A stretch of DNA of 33,348 bases, from the NCBI GenBank assembly GCA_947085205.1, contig CAMTVO010000029.1, positions 1-33,348 of the forward strand. The letters run 5' to 3'. Positions 1-7,706 of the stretch are shown here, in pieces. The stretch comes from an uncultured Nitrospiraceae bacterium (GTDB taxonomy: Bacteria; Nitrospirota; Thermodesulfovibrionia; Thermodesulfovibrionales; Dissulfurispiraceae). Within the stretch, counting starts at the first letter, position 1. Each line of letters begins with the position of its first letter. The notes under the pieces were generated by a model. The model was not told the DNA's origin, made no database searches, and saw only the letters and a list, made by a program, of their open reading frames with translations. Made by a program: the position numbers and the translations under genes.

Positions 1-225
1 ATAAAAGGCTTTACCATCGCCACCTTTGTAAGACATTTATAAAACTATCAATAGGCATAAAAATATCCCCGCGTATGTGACAATTCAGATAAACCAAATT
101 GCGATTTGTAAAGACTTTTAGACAACTATGCCTGCTCATAACTGCATTTTTTGGATCAAGGGTGTCGGTTGCGGTTATTTTCTTCATGCTTTACAACCTT
201 CTATCTTTTTCTCATGCCTTTTATA

Positions 226-300
226 TTTTAACGGTTCAAGGCTAACCCGTGCGAATGAAGCGTAGCGTAAGGAGCATCGGTGTTGAGCGATTTGTTAGCC
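226..300 (-). mobile_element. attC-like integron cassette recombination site
   Basis: Minus strand reads GGCTAAC-AAATC-GCTCAACACCG...CGGGTTAGC-CTTGAACC-GTTAAAA. It has AAC/GTT core ends, a 5-nt spacer and L boxes pairing with two extrahelical bases (C, A). It starts 17 bp after the stop of a same-strand gene. The L'-R' spacer (8 nt) is longer than canonical. Confidence 0.65.
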
Positions 301-317
301 CTCTTGTTTTTAGTAAT

Positions 318-778
318 TTATGTTGTTTTGTCTGACAATCCAAGAATATGGGCAACAAATTTTTTTCTTGCATAAAATGCTCTGCTGGTGCTGCCGTGTC
401 CGGGTCCTTTTGTGCGGGGTTGAACAAGAACACCCATTTTCCCGGTCAACGCATCAAAACCTTTCTGTTTGATTGTATTTCTTACGCTGCTGTAATCAGT
501 CTTAACTTGTTGATAGATTGCGGGATTATCAAGATCAAAAGTACTTACTTTCATGAGCAAAGAAGACTTTTCCTCTTTCGATTCGAACATGCGGGCACAG
601 ACAACGATTTTTTTTAGCTTTGTCAGAAGATGACTTTCTTCAAATTCTTTTTGTGATATATTCACAGGATCAATCATGGTTATAGCCATAGTTTCTTTAA
701 CGACAATCTCACCTGTTCGTAAGCGTTTCAGTGGAACTATTTTTAATTCCCATGAGCCAAAATTAGGGGATTGAGCTA
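318..778 (-). pseudogene. 5'-truncated MutH/Sau3AI-family endonuclease
   Basis: ORF 318..689 extends upstream in frame with no start codon (AQSPNFGSWELKIVPLKRLRTGEIVVKETMAITMID) to a TGA at the end of the preceding gene. ELK and the C-terminal QPRTKG...RAFYARKKF resemble MutH/Sau3AI motifs. The N-terminus is missing. Confidence 0.7.
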
Positions 779-982
779 ATCAAGAGGCTCAAAATATGAG
801 TCCTCGATTATCCCAGTTCCAACCAGCCTCATACATTCATCTGGGACAGCAATCAGTGCCTTTGTCAAAACTTCCGTTAACAATCCTGTGTCTTCGGAGA
901 ATTCTGTTTTCCCATCCCATTCGTCGCTTAATCTTTCTGCGATAGCCCTTGCCCATTCATCTGTTGAATGATTCATTTTCAT
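776..982 (-). CDS. small acidic hypothetical protein (68 aa)
   Basis: ORF starts 3 bp after the upstream stop, with GAGG before the ATG; no family recognised. Confidence 0.6.
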   Translation of the reverse strand: MKMNHSTDEWARAIAERLSDEWDGKTEFSEDTGLLTEVLTKALIAVPDECMRLVGTGIIEDSYFEPLD

Positions 983-985
983 TCC

Positions 986-1720
986 TCACAATATAAGCTT
1001 TGATTCAATGCTTATAAGTTCACTTGTTTTTGAATGTAATTCAGCTACATCATTATAGCTCCAAAACCCAACCCGTTTACTAATAGGCTTAAATGCCTCT
1101 AAGGATAATTTCGATAGAAATTCTTTCCTCCTCGCATCATCAGCAACTATTCGAAAGTCGGTATAGAAATCTTGAAGCTCAACGAATTTCAATAATGAAT
1201 TATTTATTGGTGTTGAATGTTCAATTTCAAAAAGGCTTGCAAGCATATTTCTCTCGTTAAACCATGTTACATCAATCGTTTGCGTCATTCGCACTATATG
1301 GTCGTAACTAAATTTATAAATATCAGAGATTGTTGTAATATCAGAAAGCTTCTTGCCCAAATAAAGTCTATTTTTATCTTGATTAGGAACAAATGTTTGA
1401 AATTTTTTTAGATTTCCAATTTCAACAAGTAATCCTTGATAGTATGTGTGATTAAATTCTTCTTTTTGAGATTTGGATATTTCTTTTGTGGGTAAAATAT
1501 CAGTGGGCAACTTTTCTTTATAAGATTTTAATGCCCACAGTCCTGGCTTAATCTTAAAGAAAAATCTTTCGTCTTGTACTATCCTTCTGATGCTTGCGAA
1601 CGGTGTTTTTGTTTTCCATACACAATCTTTAACTTTCAACACCTCTTGATTTAGGAAACCAAGCGTAGCGTATCCTCCATGTTCTTCCATCACTTTAATT
1701 ACAGCTTCATGTTGTCTCAT
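986..1720 (-). CDS. winged-HTH (HARE-HTH-like) + PD-(D/E)XK-like nuclease, restriction-associated protein
   Basis: N-terminal KTPFASIRRIVQ...FFKIKPGLWALK; C-terminal IDVTWF...FEIEHS nuclease-like motif; RM-related neighbours. Confidence 0.6.
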   Translation of the reverse strand: MRQHEAVIKVMEEHGGYATLGFLNQEVLKVKDCVWKTKTPFASIRRIVQDERFFFKIKPGLWALKSYKEKLPTDILPTKEISKSQKEEFNHTYYQGLLVEIGNLKKFQTFVPNQDKNRLYLGKKLSDITTISDIYKFSYDHIVRMTQTIDVTWFNERNMLASLFEIEHSTPINNSLLKFVELQDFYTDFRIVADDARRKEFLSKLSLEAFKPISKRVGFWSYNDVAELHSKTSELISIESKLIL

Positions 1721-1911
1721 ATAAGAAGCCTCACTGAATGTTCGGGGTCGTCATAATAAACAGTGAAGGGCTTTTTGCCGTTATTTTCATAAGAGGCTGT
1801 TTCTTCAGATATGTAAAATTCAATGGGATTTTCCGGGAGGCTATAATTGACTGTCTTATTAAGCGCGCCGTTTAGTTTTGCCATTTTTCTATTTTTTGTT
1901 GATTTTAACAT
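1717..1911 (-). pseudogene. probable N-terminal fragment of a DNA methyltransferase
   Basis: 64-aa ORF ending abruptly at VYYDDPEHSVRLLI, which resembles the segment just before the GD(C/S) motif of N4/N6 MTases. Its stop overlaps the next ATG. Recognition is from memory only. Confidence 0.35.
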
Positions 1912-1977
1912 GATTAATTTTATAGGTGAAGCGGTTCTTTTTTCAATGTTTCTTTATTATGCCTTTTTATTATGAGG

Positions 1978-2038
1978 GACTAACGGATGCAGCTAGACTG
2001 CTACCCGAAGGGCAGTCTGTTCGAGCGGATTGTTCCCG
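1978..2038 (-). mobile_element. degenerate attC-like site
   Basis: Minus strand CGGGAAC-AATCC-GCTCGAACAGACTGC-loop-GCAGTCTAGC-TGCATCC-GTTAGTC; same layout and orientation as 226..300. Confidence 0.5.
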
Positions 2039-2061
2039 AGGCGCGCAGTGCCTCGGGAACA
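2031..2061. repeat. GC-rich palindrome (12-bp stem), REP-like or terminator
   Basis: TGTTCCCGAGGC-gcgcagt-GCCTCGGGAACA perfect inverted repeat. Confidence 0.8.
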
Positions 2062-2184
2062 TTTATTTTTATGCATATTCTGCAATTAGTAACATTATAT
2101 CTGGATGAGAGCGGACAGTCAAGGTTTTTCAATGAAAATATCGCTGAAATTCAGCAGGTTATGAGGTATAATTTACAAGAAAAA

Positions 2185-3753
2185 TTATCTGGTAGCCCAT
2201 GAGATTATTTCATCAACAATTGCCTTTATGGTTGCCTCTTTTGGCATAATGGAGACCTTTAATCCTGCCTTTTCTATGGCCCTTGCGGTAACAGGACCTA
2301 TAACGGCTATGGTTACATCCTTTAGAACATTTATCGCGTCTTCGCCCATTATATCCACGAAATTATTGAAAGTGGCAGCGCTTGTAAATGTTGCCACAGA
2401 AATTCTTCCCTCTTTTAGAAATCTTTTTAATCTTTTGCCGTGTTTTTCAGGCTTTATCGCACGATATGCAACTGGAGTATCTATCTCACCGCCAAACTCC
2501 CTGACCTTCTGTGGGAATATCTCCCTTGCAACCTCTGCACGAGGCAAAAGGATTTTCAATCCTTTTAGTTCATAGTTCGGAGTTCGGAGTTCGGAGTTAA
2601 AACTTCTGACTTCTGACTTCTGACTTCTGACTTCTTTTAAAAATGTATCTATCAATCCTTCCGCATTAAATTCCTCAGGGATGAGATCTACCCTTATTCC
2701 ATAGTTTCTGATTGTCTCAGCAGTCTTTGTGCCTATGGCGCATATTTTAATTCCTCTCAAATCCCTGATGTCCCTATTTTTATCAAGGAGCCTTTGCATA
2801 AAGTATTTAAATCCATTTGCGCTTGTGAATATGAGCCAGTTATAAGTCTCTATACTATCTATTGATTCATCCAATTCTTTATAGCTTTCCGGCTGCGCTA
2901 TCTCTATGGTTGGAAACTCAAATATCTCTGCTCCTAAATCCTCAAGAGGTTCATACTCTGGAGTGTATTCTCTTGTAATCAAAATCCTGTGACCAAAAAG
3001 TGGTTTTTTTTCATACCACTTTAATGTATCTCTTAATTTGACCACATTTCCGACAACCATCACTGCGGGGGGCTTGATATTCTCTTCCTTAACGAGTCCA
3101 GCTATATCTTTTAAGGTGCCGACCACAGTTTTCTGATCAGGCCTTGTTCCCCATCGCACCACTGCAGTAGGAGTATCAGGAGATTTGCCATGCTCTATAA
3201 GCTTTGAAGTTATGGCACCGATATTTTTAACACCCATTAAAAAAGCAAGGGTATCAAAGCCATTGGCAAACTTAGACCAGTCTATTGAGCTTTCGGGTTT
3301 TGTTATATCCTCGTTGCCTGTAATAACTGCAAATGATGATGAATATTTTCTGTGAGTAAGAGGAATTCCTGCATATGCAGGCGCTGCTATGGATGAACTG
3401 ACTCCAGGAATTACTTCAAACTCTATGCCCTCCTTTACAAGTGTCTCTGCCTCTTCTCCTCCACGGCCGAAAACAAATGGGTCTCCGCCTTTTAGCCTGC
3501 AAACTATTTTGCCTTCTTTAGCCTTGTCCACAAGCGCTTGATTTATCTCGTCCTGTGTCATTGCATGGTGTCCGCCGCGCTTGCCTGCATAAATAAACTC
3601 AGCATCGTGATTGATGTAATTTAGTATCTGGGCATTGAGATGAAAGTCATAGACCACGGCTTCTGCCTTTTGAAGGCATTTCATGCCTTTTACCGTCAAT
3701 AGCCCGATGTCGCCGGGACCTGCACCTATGAGATATACCGTACCCTTTTTCAT
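2185..3753 (-). CDS. cobA: uroporphyrinogen-III C-methyltransferase / uroporphyrinogen-III synthase fusion (CobA/HemD)
   Basis: VYLIGAGPGD, RLKGGDPFVFGRGGEE; HemD half FTSANG, AIGTKT, FTSAAT, IGPVTA; follows hemC. Confidence 0.95.
   Translation of the reverse strand: MKKGTVYLIGAGPGDIGLLTVKGMKCLQKAEAVVYDFHLNAQILNYINHDAEFIYAGKRGGHHAMTQDEINQALVDKAKEGKIVCRLKGGDPFVFGRGGEEAETLVKEGIEFEVIPGVSSSIAAPAYAGIPLTHRKYSSSFAVITGNEDITKPESSIDWSKFANGFDTLAFLMGVKNIGAITSKLIEHGKSPDTPTAVVRWGTRPDQKTVVGTLKDIAGLVKEENIKPPAVMVVGNVVKLRDTLKWYEKKPLFGHRILITREYTPEYEPLEDLGAEIFEFPTIEIAQPESYKELDESIDSIETYNWLIFTSANGFKYFMQRLLDKNRDIRDLRGIKICAIGTKTAETIRNYGIRVDLIPEEFNAEGLIDTFLKEVRSQKSEVRSFNSELRTPNYELKGLKILLPRAEVAREIFPQKVREFGGEIDTPVAYRAIKPEKHGKRLKRFLKEGRISVATFTSAATFNNFVDIMGEDAINVLKDVTIAVIGPVTARAIEKAGLKVSIMPKEATIKAIVDEIISWATR
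2567..2635. repeat. bipartite heptamer array in frame within hemD domain
   Basis: AGTTCAT(AGTTCGG)3AGTT-aaa-(ACTTCTG)4ACTTCT; encodes EVRSQKSEVRSFNSELRTPNYEL. Confidence 0.95.
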
Positions 3754-4706
3754 TATCTTCCATAGACTTCATCGAGTATTTCTTTTGCGCCCTTTGAAAG
3801 GAGGTCTTCTGCCAGTTTTATTCCAAGATTTTCTGCATCATTTGGTACGCCTTTTATCTGTCCTTTTATAATCCTGTCTCCTGAAACGCTTCCCACAAGC
3901 CCATCTATAATGAGTTGAGGAGTTGAGGAGTTGAGGAGTCTTGCATGCGCTGCTATCGGCACCTGGCATCCGCCTTCAAGCTTTTTTAGAAATGCCCTTT
4001 CTGCCCTTACGCATACCGAGGTTTCATTGTGATTCAGTTGTGAAATCAGATTGTTTATAAATTCATCGTTAATCCTGCATTCAATCCCAACTGCCCCTTG
4101 ACCTATTGCTGGAAGGCTGACTTCAAGCTCGAGTGTTTCTGTTATCCTGTCTGCCCAGCCGAGTCTTTTAACGCCTGCTGCGGCAAGGATTATTGCGTCA
4201 AACCGGCCTTCATCCAGTTTCCTCAGCCTTGTATCGAGGTTGCCCCTTAATTGCTCGATCTTTAAATCAGACCTTATACTCAGTAATTGACATGAACGTC
4301 TGAGACTGCTTGTGCCTATGATTGCTCCATGCGGCAGGTCTTTAAAACCGTAAACCGTGAACCGTGAACCGTGAACCGGGGCGATGAATGCATCCCTCGG
4401 GTCTTCCCTTTTTGTAATCACTGGAAGATACAGACCTTCAGGAAAATCGGTAGGCACATCCTTCATGCTGTGCACGGCAATATCCGCCTCGCCTTTTAGA
4501 AGCGCCTCTTCTATCTCTTTCACGAACAATCCCTTGCCGCCTACTTTTGCGAGCGGTACATCGAGAATTTTATCTCCGGTGGTTTTGATCTTGTTAAGCT
4601 CAATTTCAAGGGCAGGATTTAACTTCTGAAGCTCCGACTTTATCCATTCTGCCTGCCAGAGCGCTAATTTGCTGCCTCTCGTGCCGATGATGATTTTATT
4701 TTTCAT
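3753..4706 (-). CDS. hemC: hydroxymethylbilane synthase (porphobilinogen deaminase)
   Basis: IGTRGSKLALWQA, GGKGLFVKE, AVHSMKDVP, GTSSLRR, LEGGCQVPIAA. Confidence 0.97.
   Translation of the reverse strand: MKNKIIIGTRGSKLALWQAEWIKSELQKLNPALEIELNKIKTTGDKILDVPLAKVGGKGLFVKEIEEALLKGEADIAVHSMKDVPTDFPEGLYLPVITKREDPRDAFIAPVHGSRFTVYGFKDLPHGAIIGTSSLRRSCQLLSIRSDLKIEQLRGNLDTRLRKLDEGRFDAIILAAAGVKRLGWADRITETLELEVSLPAIGQGAVGIECRINDEFINNLISQLNHNETSVCVRAERAFLKKLEGGCQVPIAAHARLLNSSTPQLIIDGLVGSVSGDRIIKGQIKGVPNDAENLGIKLAEDLLSKGAKEILDEVYGR
3912..3939. repeat. octamer array in frame within hemC
   Basis: (GAGTTGAG)3GAGT; encodes LLNSSTPQL. Confidence 0.9.
4346..4378. repeat. heptamer array in frame within hemC
   Basis: AACCGTA(AACCGTG)3AACCG; encodes PVHGSRFTVYGF. 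Confidence 0.92.
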
Positions 4707-4726
4707 GAGTGATTTGTCTCCCTTGA

Positions 4727-4858
4727 CCTATCCTTTTTCGGTCAGTCCAAGCTGATAAGGTTCCTCTTCTTCTATCATCAGTTTGTATGCTTCTTGAATA
4801 TTTTTTTCACTGATTTCCTTTAAGTCAACAGACAGACAGGCATCAATCGCCTCATATA
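4727..4858 (-). pseudogene. HicB-like antitoxin remnant(s)
   Basis: Startless frame LYEAIDACLSVDLKEISEKNIQEAYKLMIEEEEPYQLGLTEKG*; both YEAIDACLSVD and NIQEAYKLMIEE resemble HicB C-terminal helices. Confidence 0.45.
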
Positions 4859-5298
4859 ATATCCCCTGTATTCTTAATCCTTTTTAAATTCGTTTTATCA
4901 AATCCCTTATCAAAACTTACGATATAAGGTATCTCCAGTTCATTTGCAATGTGAACTATGAATGCATCATGGAAATTTAAAACTCCGTGATTATTTTTAA
5001 CCATATTTATCACAGAATTATAAAATCTATCCAATTCCTGATACATCCATGTAATATTTTCTTTGGGGCATATTGTTTGAAGTTTTTCAATGAAATAGTT
5101 AATATCTTTTAAGCGCTTCCTTTCATTAAATCTTCTGACAATAACATTTACTATTTCATTGATTACACAATCAAGATATACATATTGAGCATTTACCTTA
5201 ATAAGTTCCTCTTCAATCAGAGATGCTTTGTGGTGATGAATATCCTTCTCATCAATGAGTCCAATTAAATAGTTGGTATCAAGGACTGCTTTAATCAT
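4852..5298 (-). CDS. vapC: PIN-domain (VapC-family) toxin
   Basis: VLDTN, INE, FHDA, SFDKGF acidic PIN motifs; overlaps the antitoxin stop. Confidence 0.9.
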   Translation of the reverse strand: MIKAVLDTNYLIGLIDEKDIHHHKASLIEEELIKVNAQYVYLDCVINEIVNVIVRRFNERKRLKDINYFIEKLQTICPKENITWMYQELDRFYNSVINMVKNNHGVLNFHDAFIVHIANELEIPYIVSFDKGFDKTNLKRIKNTGDII

Positions 5299-5533
5299 AA
5301 ATTGCCTCAGAATCTTTTACTGCATCACCACCGACCGAAATAAGCCCCTCCAGCTTTTTCAGTTCTTTTGCAGGAATTAATTTTACTTTTATCTTTTTAG
5401 GGGTAACACGCTTTAGAACTATTTCGTTATTTTTCACTATCACATCCAGAACATCACCTTCGTCTATCCCAACGGCTTCCCTGACTTTTAAAGGTATTGT
5501 TATTTGTGCTTTTTTTTTGACCTGCACCAGCAT
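5291..5533 (-). CDS. vapB: AbrB/MazE/SpoVT-family antitoxin
   Basis: QITIPLKVREAVGIDEGDVL swapped-hairpin motif; GGAGG RBS; upstream of the PIN gene. Confidence 0.88.
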   Translation of the reverse strand: MLVQVKKKAQITIPLKVREAVGIDEGDVLDVIVKNNEIVLKRVTPKKIKVKLIPAKELKKLEGLISVGGDAVKDSEAIYD

Positions 5534-5616
5534 GGGAAATTCCTCCTTTCCGACTTTCTGAAAGTTAGACTAATGTTTGGAGGGGTAAATTGTCAAATAA
5601 TTTTGACGGGACAGGA

Positions 5617-6891
5617 TTATTCTTCATTTTCATCTCCGTTAATTCCATACAATTTTTTAATCATTGCAATCAATTCATCCCTATCTTCTGTATCTTCTTT
5701 TAGTGCAACTGTCGGCGGATGTATGAGTTTGTTGATTATAGCTGTTGCCGCATACTCAACTGCCTTCATCTTTTCTTCATCAATTTTAGGGAATTTGTTT
5801 TTGAATTTCTCTATTTCCTCATTTTTTATCTCTTCCGCCTTTTGCCTCAAAGCAACAATGGTCGGTATTGAATCGAGGGATGACATCCATCTTGTAAATT
5901 TATCCATTTCTTCATCTATTATTTTTTCCGCCTTTTCCGCCTCTTTTTTTCTTTCGAGCATGTTTGTGTCAACTGCATCCTGAAGGTCGTCCACATCATA
6001 GAGATACACATTATCTATTTTGTTTATCTCAGGGTCTATATTCCTCGGCACAGATATATCAATTATGAACACAGGCCTGTGCCTTCTCTCCTTCATCACC
6101 TTCTGCATATCCGCCTTGTGGAGGACATAGGTCGATGCTCCTGTGGAGCAGATGATTATGTCTGTGTGCAGCAGCTCATTTAGAAAATCTTCGAACTTTA
6201 CCGGCTTTCCGTTGAACTCCCTTGCCAGCTCGCATCCGCGCTCGTATGTCCTGTTTGCTACTTTGACATCCGTTACGCCGTTGCTGACAAGATGGCGGGC
6301 CGCTAATTCGGCCATCTCACCTGCTCCGAGAAGCATGAACGATTTGCCCGAGAGGTCGGTGAAAATTTTTTTTGCGAGTTCGACAGCTGCAAAGCTTATG
6401 GATACTGCATTTTCGGCAATCCTCGTCTCTGTCCTGACCCTTTTTGCAGTTGATATGGCTTTTTTCATCAACTTGTTTAAAAAAACTCCTGTTGTTTTTT
6501 TGCTCAGAGCAAAATCGAATGCGTCTTTTAACTGGCCGAGTATTTGCGGCTCGCCCACAATCATTGAGTCGAGGCTTGAACCGACTCTGAGTATGTGCCT
6601 TACCGCATCGAAATCGGAATAAACGTAAAGGGACTTTTCGAAATCGCTTCTTGCTGTATTATGAAACTCGGAAAGGAATTTTTTTATATTCTCCGACGCA
6701 GAAGATGAATCGGCAACACAGGTGTATATTTCAACCCTGTTGCACGTAGAAAGCAGCGCGATTTCTTTCACTTCCGGAATTTCCCTTAACCTGAAAATAC
6801 CATCTTCGAGCTTAGGCCCGTTAAATGCAAGCCGCTCTCTAATCTCCACATTAGCTGTCTTATGATTTAGTCCTATAACAAGAATCTTCAT
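5617..6891 (-). CDS. hemA: glutamyl-tRNA reductase
   Basis: GLNHKTA, STCNRVE, SLDSMIVGEPQILGQ, GAGEMA, DISVPRNI. Confidence 0.97.
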   Translation of the reverse strand: MKILVIGLNHKTANVEIRERLAFNGPKLEDGIFRLREIPEVKEIALLSTCNRVEIYTCVADSSSASENIKKFLSEFHNTARSDFEKSLYVYSDFDAVRHILRVGSSLDSMIVGEPQILGQLKDAFDFALSKKTTGVFLNKLMKKAISTAKRVRTETRIAENAVSISFAAVELAKKIFTDLSGKSFMLLGAGEMAELAARHLVSNGVTDVKVANRTYERGCELAREFNGKPVKFEDFLNELLHTDIIICSTGASTYVLHKADMQKVMKERRHRPVFIIDISVPRNIDPEINKIDNVYLYDVDDLQDAVDTNMLERKKEAEKAEKIIDEEMDKFTRWMSSLDSIPTIVALRQKAEEIKNEEIEKFKNKFPKIDEEKMKAVEYAATAIINKLIHPPTVALKEDTEDRDELIAMIKKLYGINGDENEE

Positions 6892-7706
6892 GAGAACGAA
6901 TGCAGGCTCTTTAAAAGTAGATTAACGCCGAAGAACGTAAACAGTATTGCCATAAATCCGATGATTGATAAAATGGCGGCTCTTTTCCCTCTCCATCCGG
7001 CAACAAGCCTTACATGGAGCACAAAGGCATAGATAAACCATGTTATGAGCGACCATGCCTCTTTTGGGTCCCATCTCCAGTAGCTTCCCCATGCGCTCTC
7101 AGCCCATAATGCCCCTGTAATTATTGCAAGGGTAAGGAGCGGGAAGCCGAGCGTAATCAGCCTGTAATTTATCTCGTCAAGAACCTGAAGGCTCGGCAAT
7201 CTCTGGAAAAGTCCGCCCAGATGCTTTGATTTTAAATGATGCTCCTGAATCAGATACATGATTCCAATGCCGCATGCCACAGCAAAGGCAGCATTGCCTA
7301 AGAATGCAAGGAATGTGTGTATTCCGAGCCAGTAGCTCTGGAGCACAGGGCTGAGCGGCCTGATCTCCCTCGGAAGTACAGATGAAGAAAGCATCAGGAT
7401 AAATACTATGGGCAGTATGAATGAACCCATTATGCCGATTTTATACCTGTATTCCAGAAAGAAAAATATCAGGACGATGCACCACGCAAAGAAGGAAGAG
7501 GCTTCATGCATGCCGACTATCGGCAGACGTCCTGCGTCAATGTATCTATAAATAATACTTAATGTGTGGATTAAGAATCCGATGCTTGAGATTGAAAGTA
7601 TGACTTTTTTTGATAATTCTTTACCCTTTCTAAATATCTCAACAATGCCGATGATTGTTGCGGCAAAGTAGAAAGTAAGGGCTAATTCAAAAAGTATTGT
7701 TCCCAT
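6888..7706 (-). CDS. ccsA: cytochrome c biogenesis CcsA/CcsB (HemX-like) membrane protein
   Basis: TGALWAESAWGSYWRWDPKE WWD domain, multiple TM helices. Start set at ATG 7706, which overlaps the upstream TGA. Confidence 0.9.
   Translation of the reverse strand: MGTILFELALTFYFAATIIGIVEIFRKGKELSKKVILSISSIGFLIHTLSIIYRYIDAGRLPIVGMHEASSFFAWCIVLIFFFLEYRYKIGIMGSFILPIVFILMLSSSVLPREIRPLSPVLQSYWLGIHTFLAFLGNAAFAVACGIGIMYLIQEHHLKSKHLGGLFQRLPSLQVLDEINYRLITLGFPLLTLAIITGALWAESAWGSYWRWDPKEAWSLITWFIYAFVLHVRLVAGWRGKRAAILSIIGFMAILFTFFGVNLLLKSLHSFS

Noticed and set aside
240..300. GGCTAAC (240..246) as the partner end of GTTAGCC
   Set aside because: It pairs better as the L box with GTTGAGC including extrahelical bases; the outer core is TTTTAAC at 226..232.
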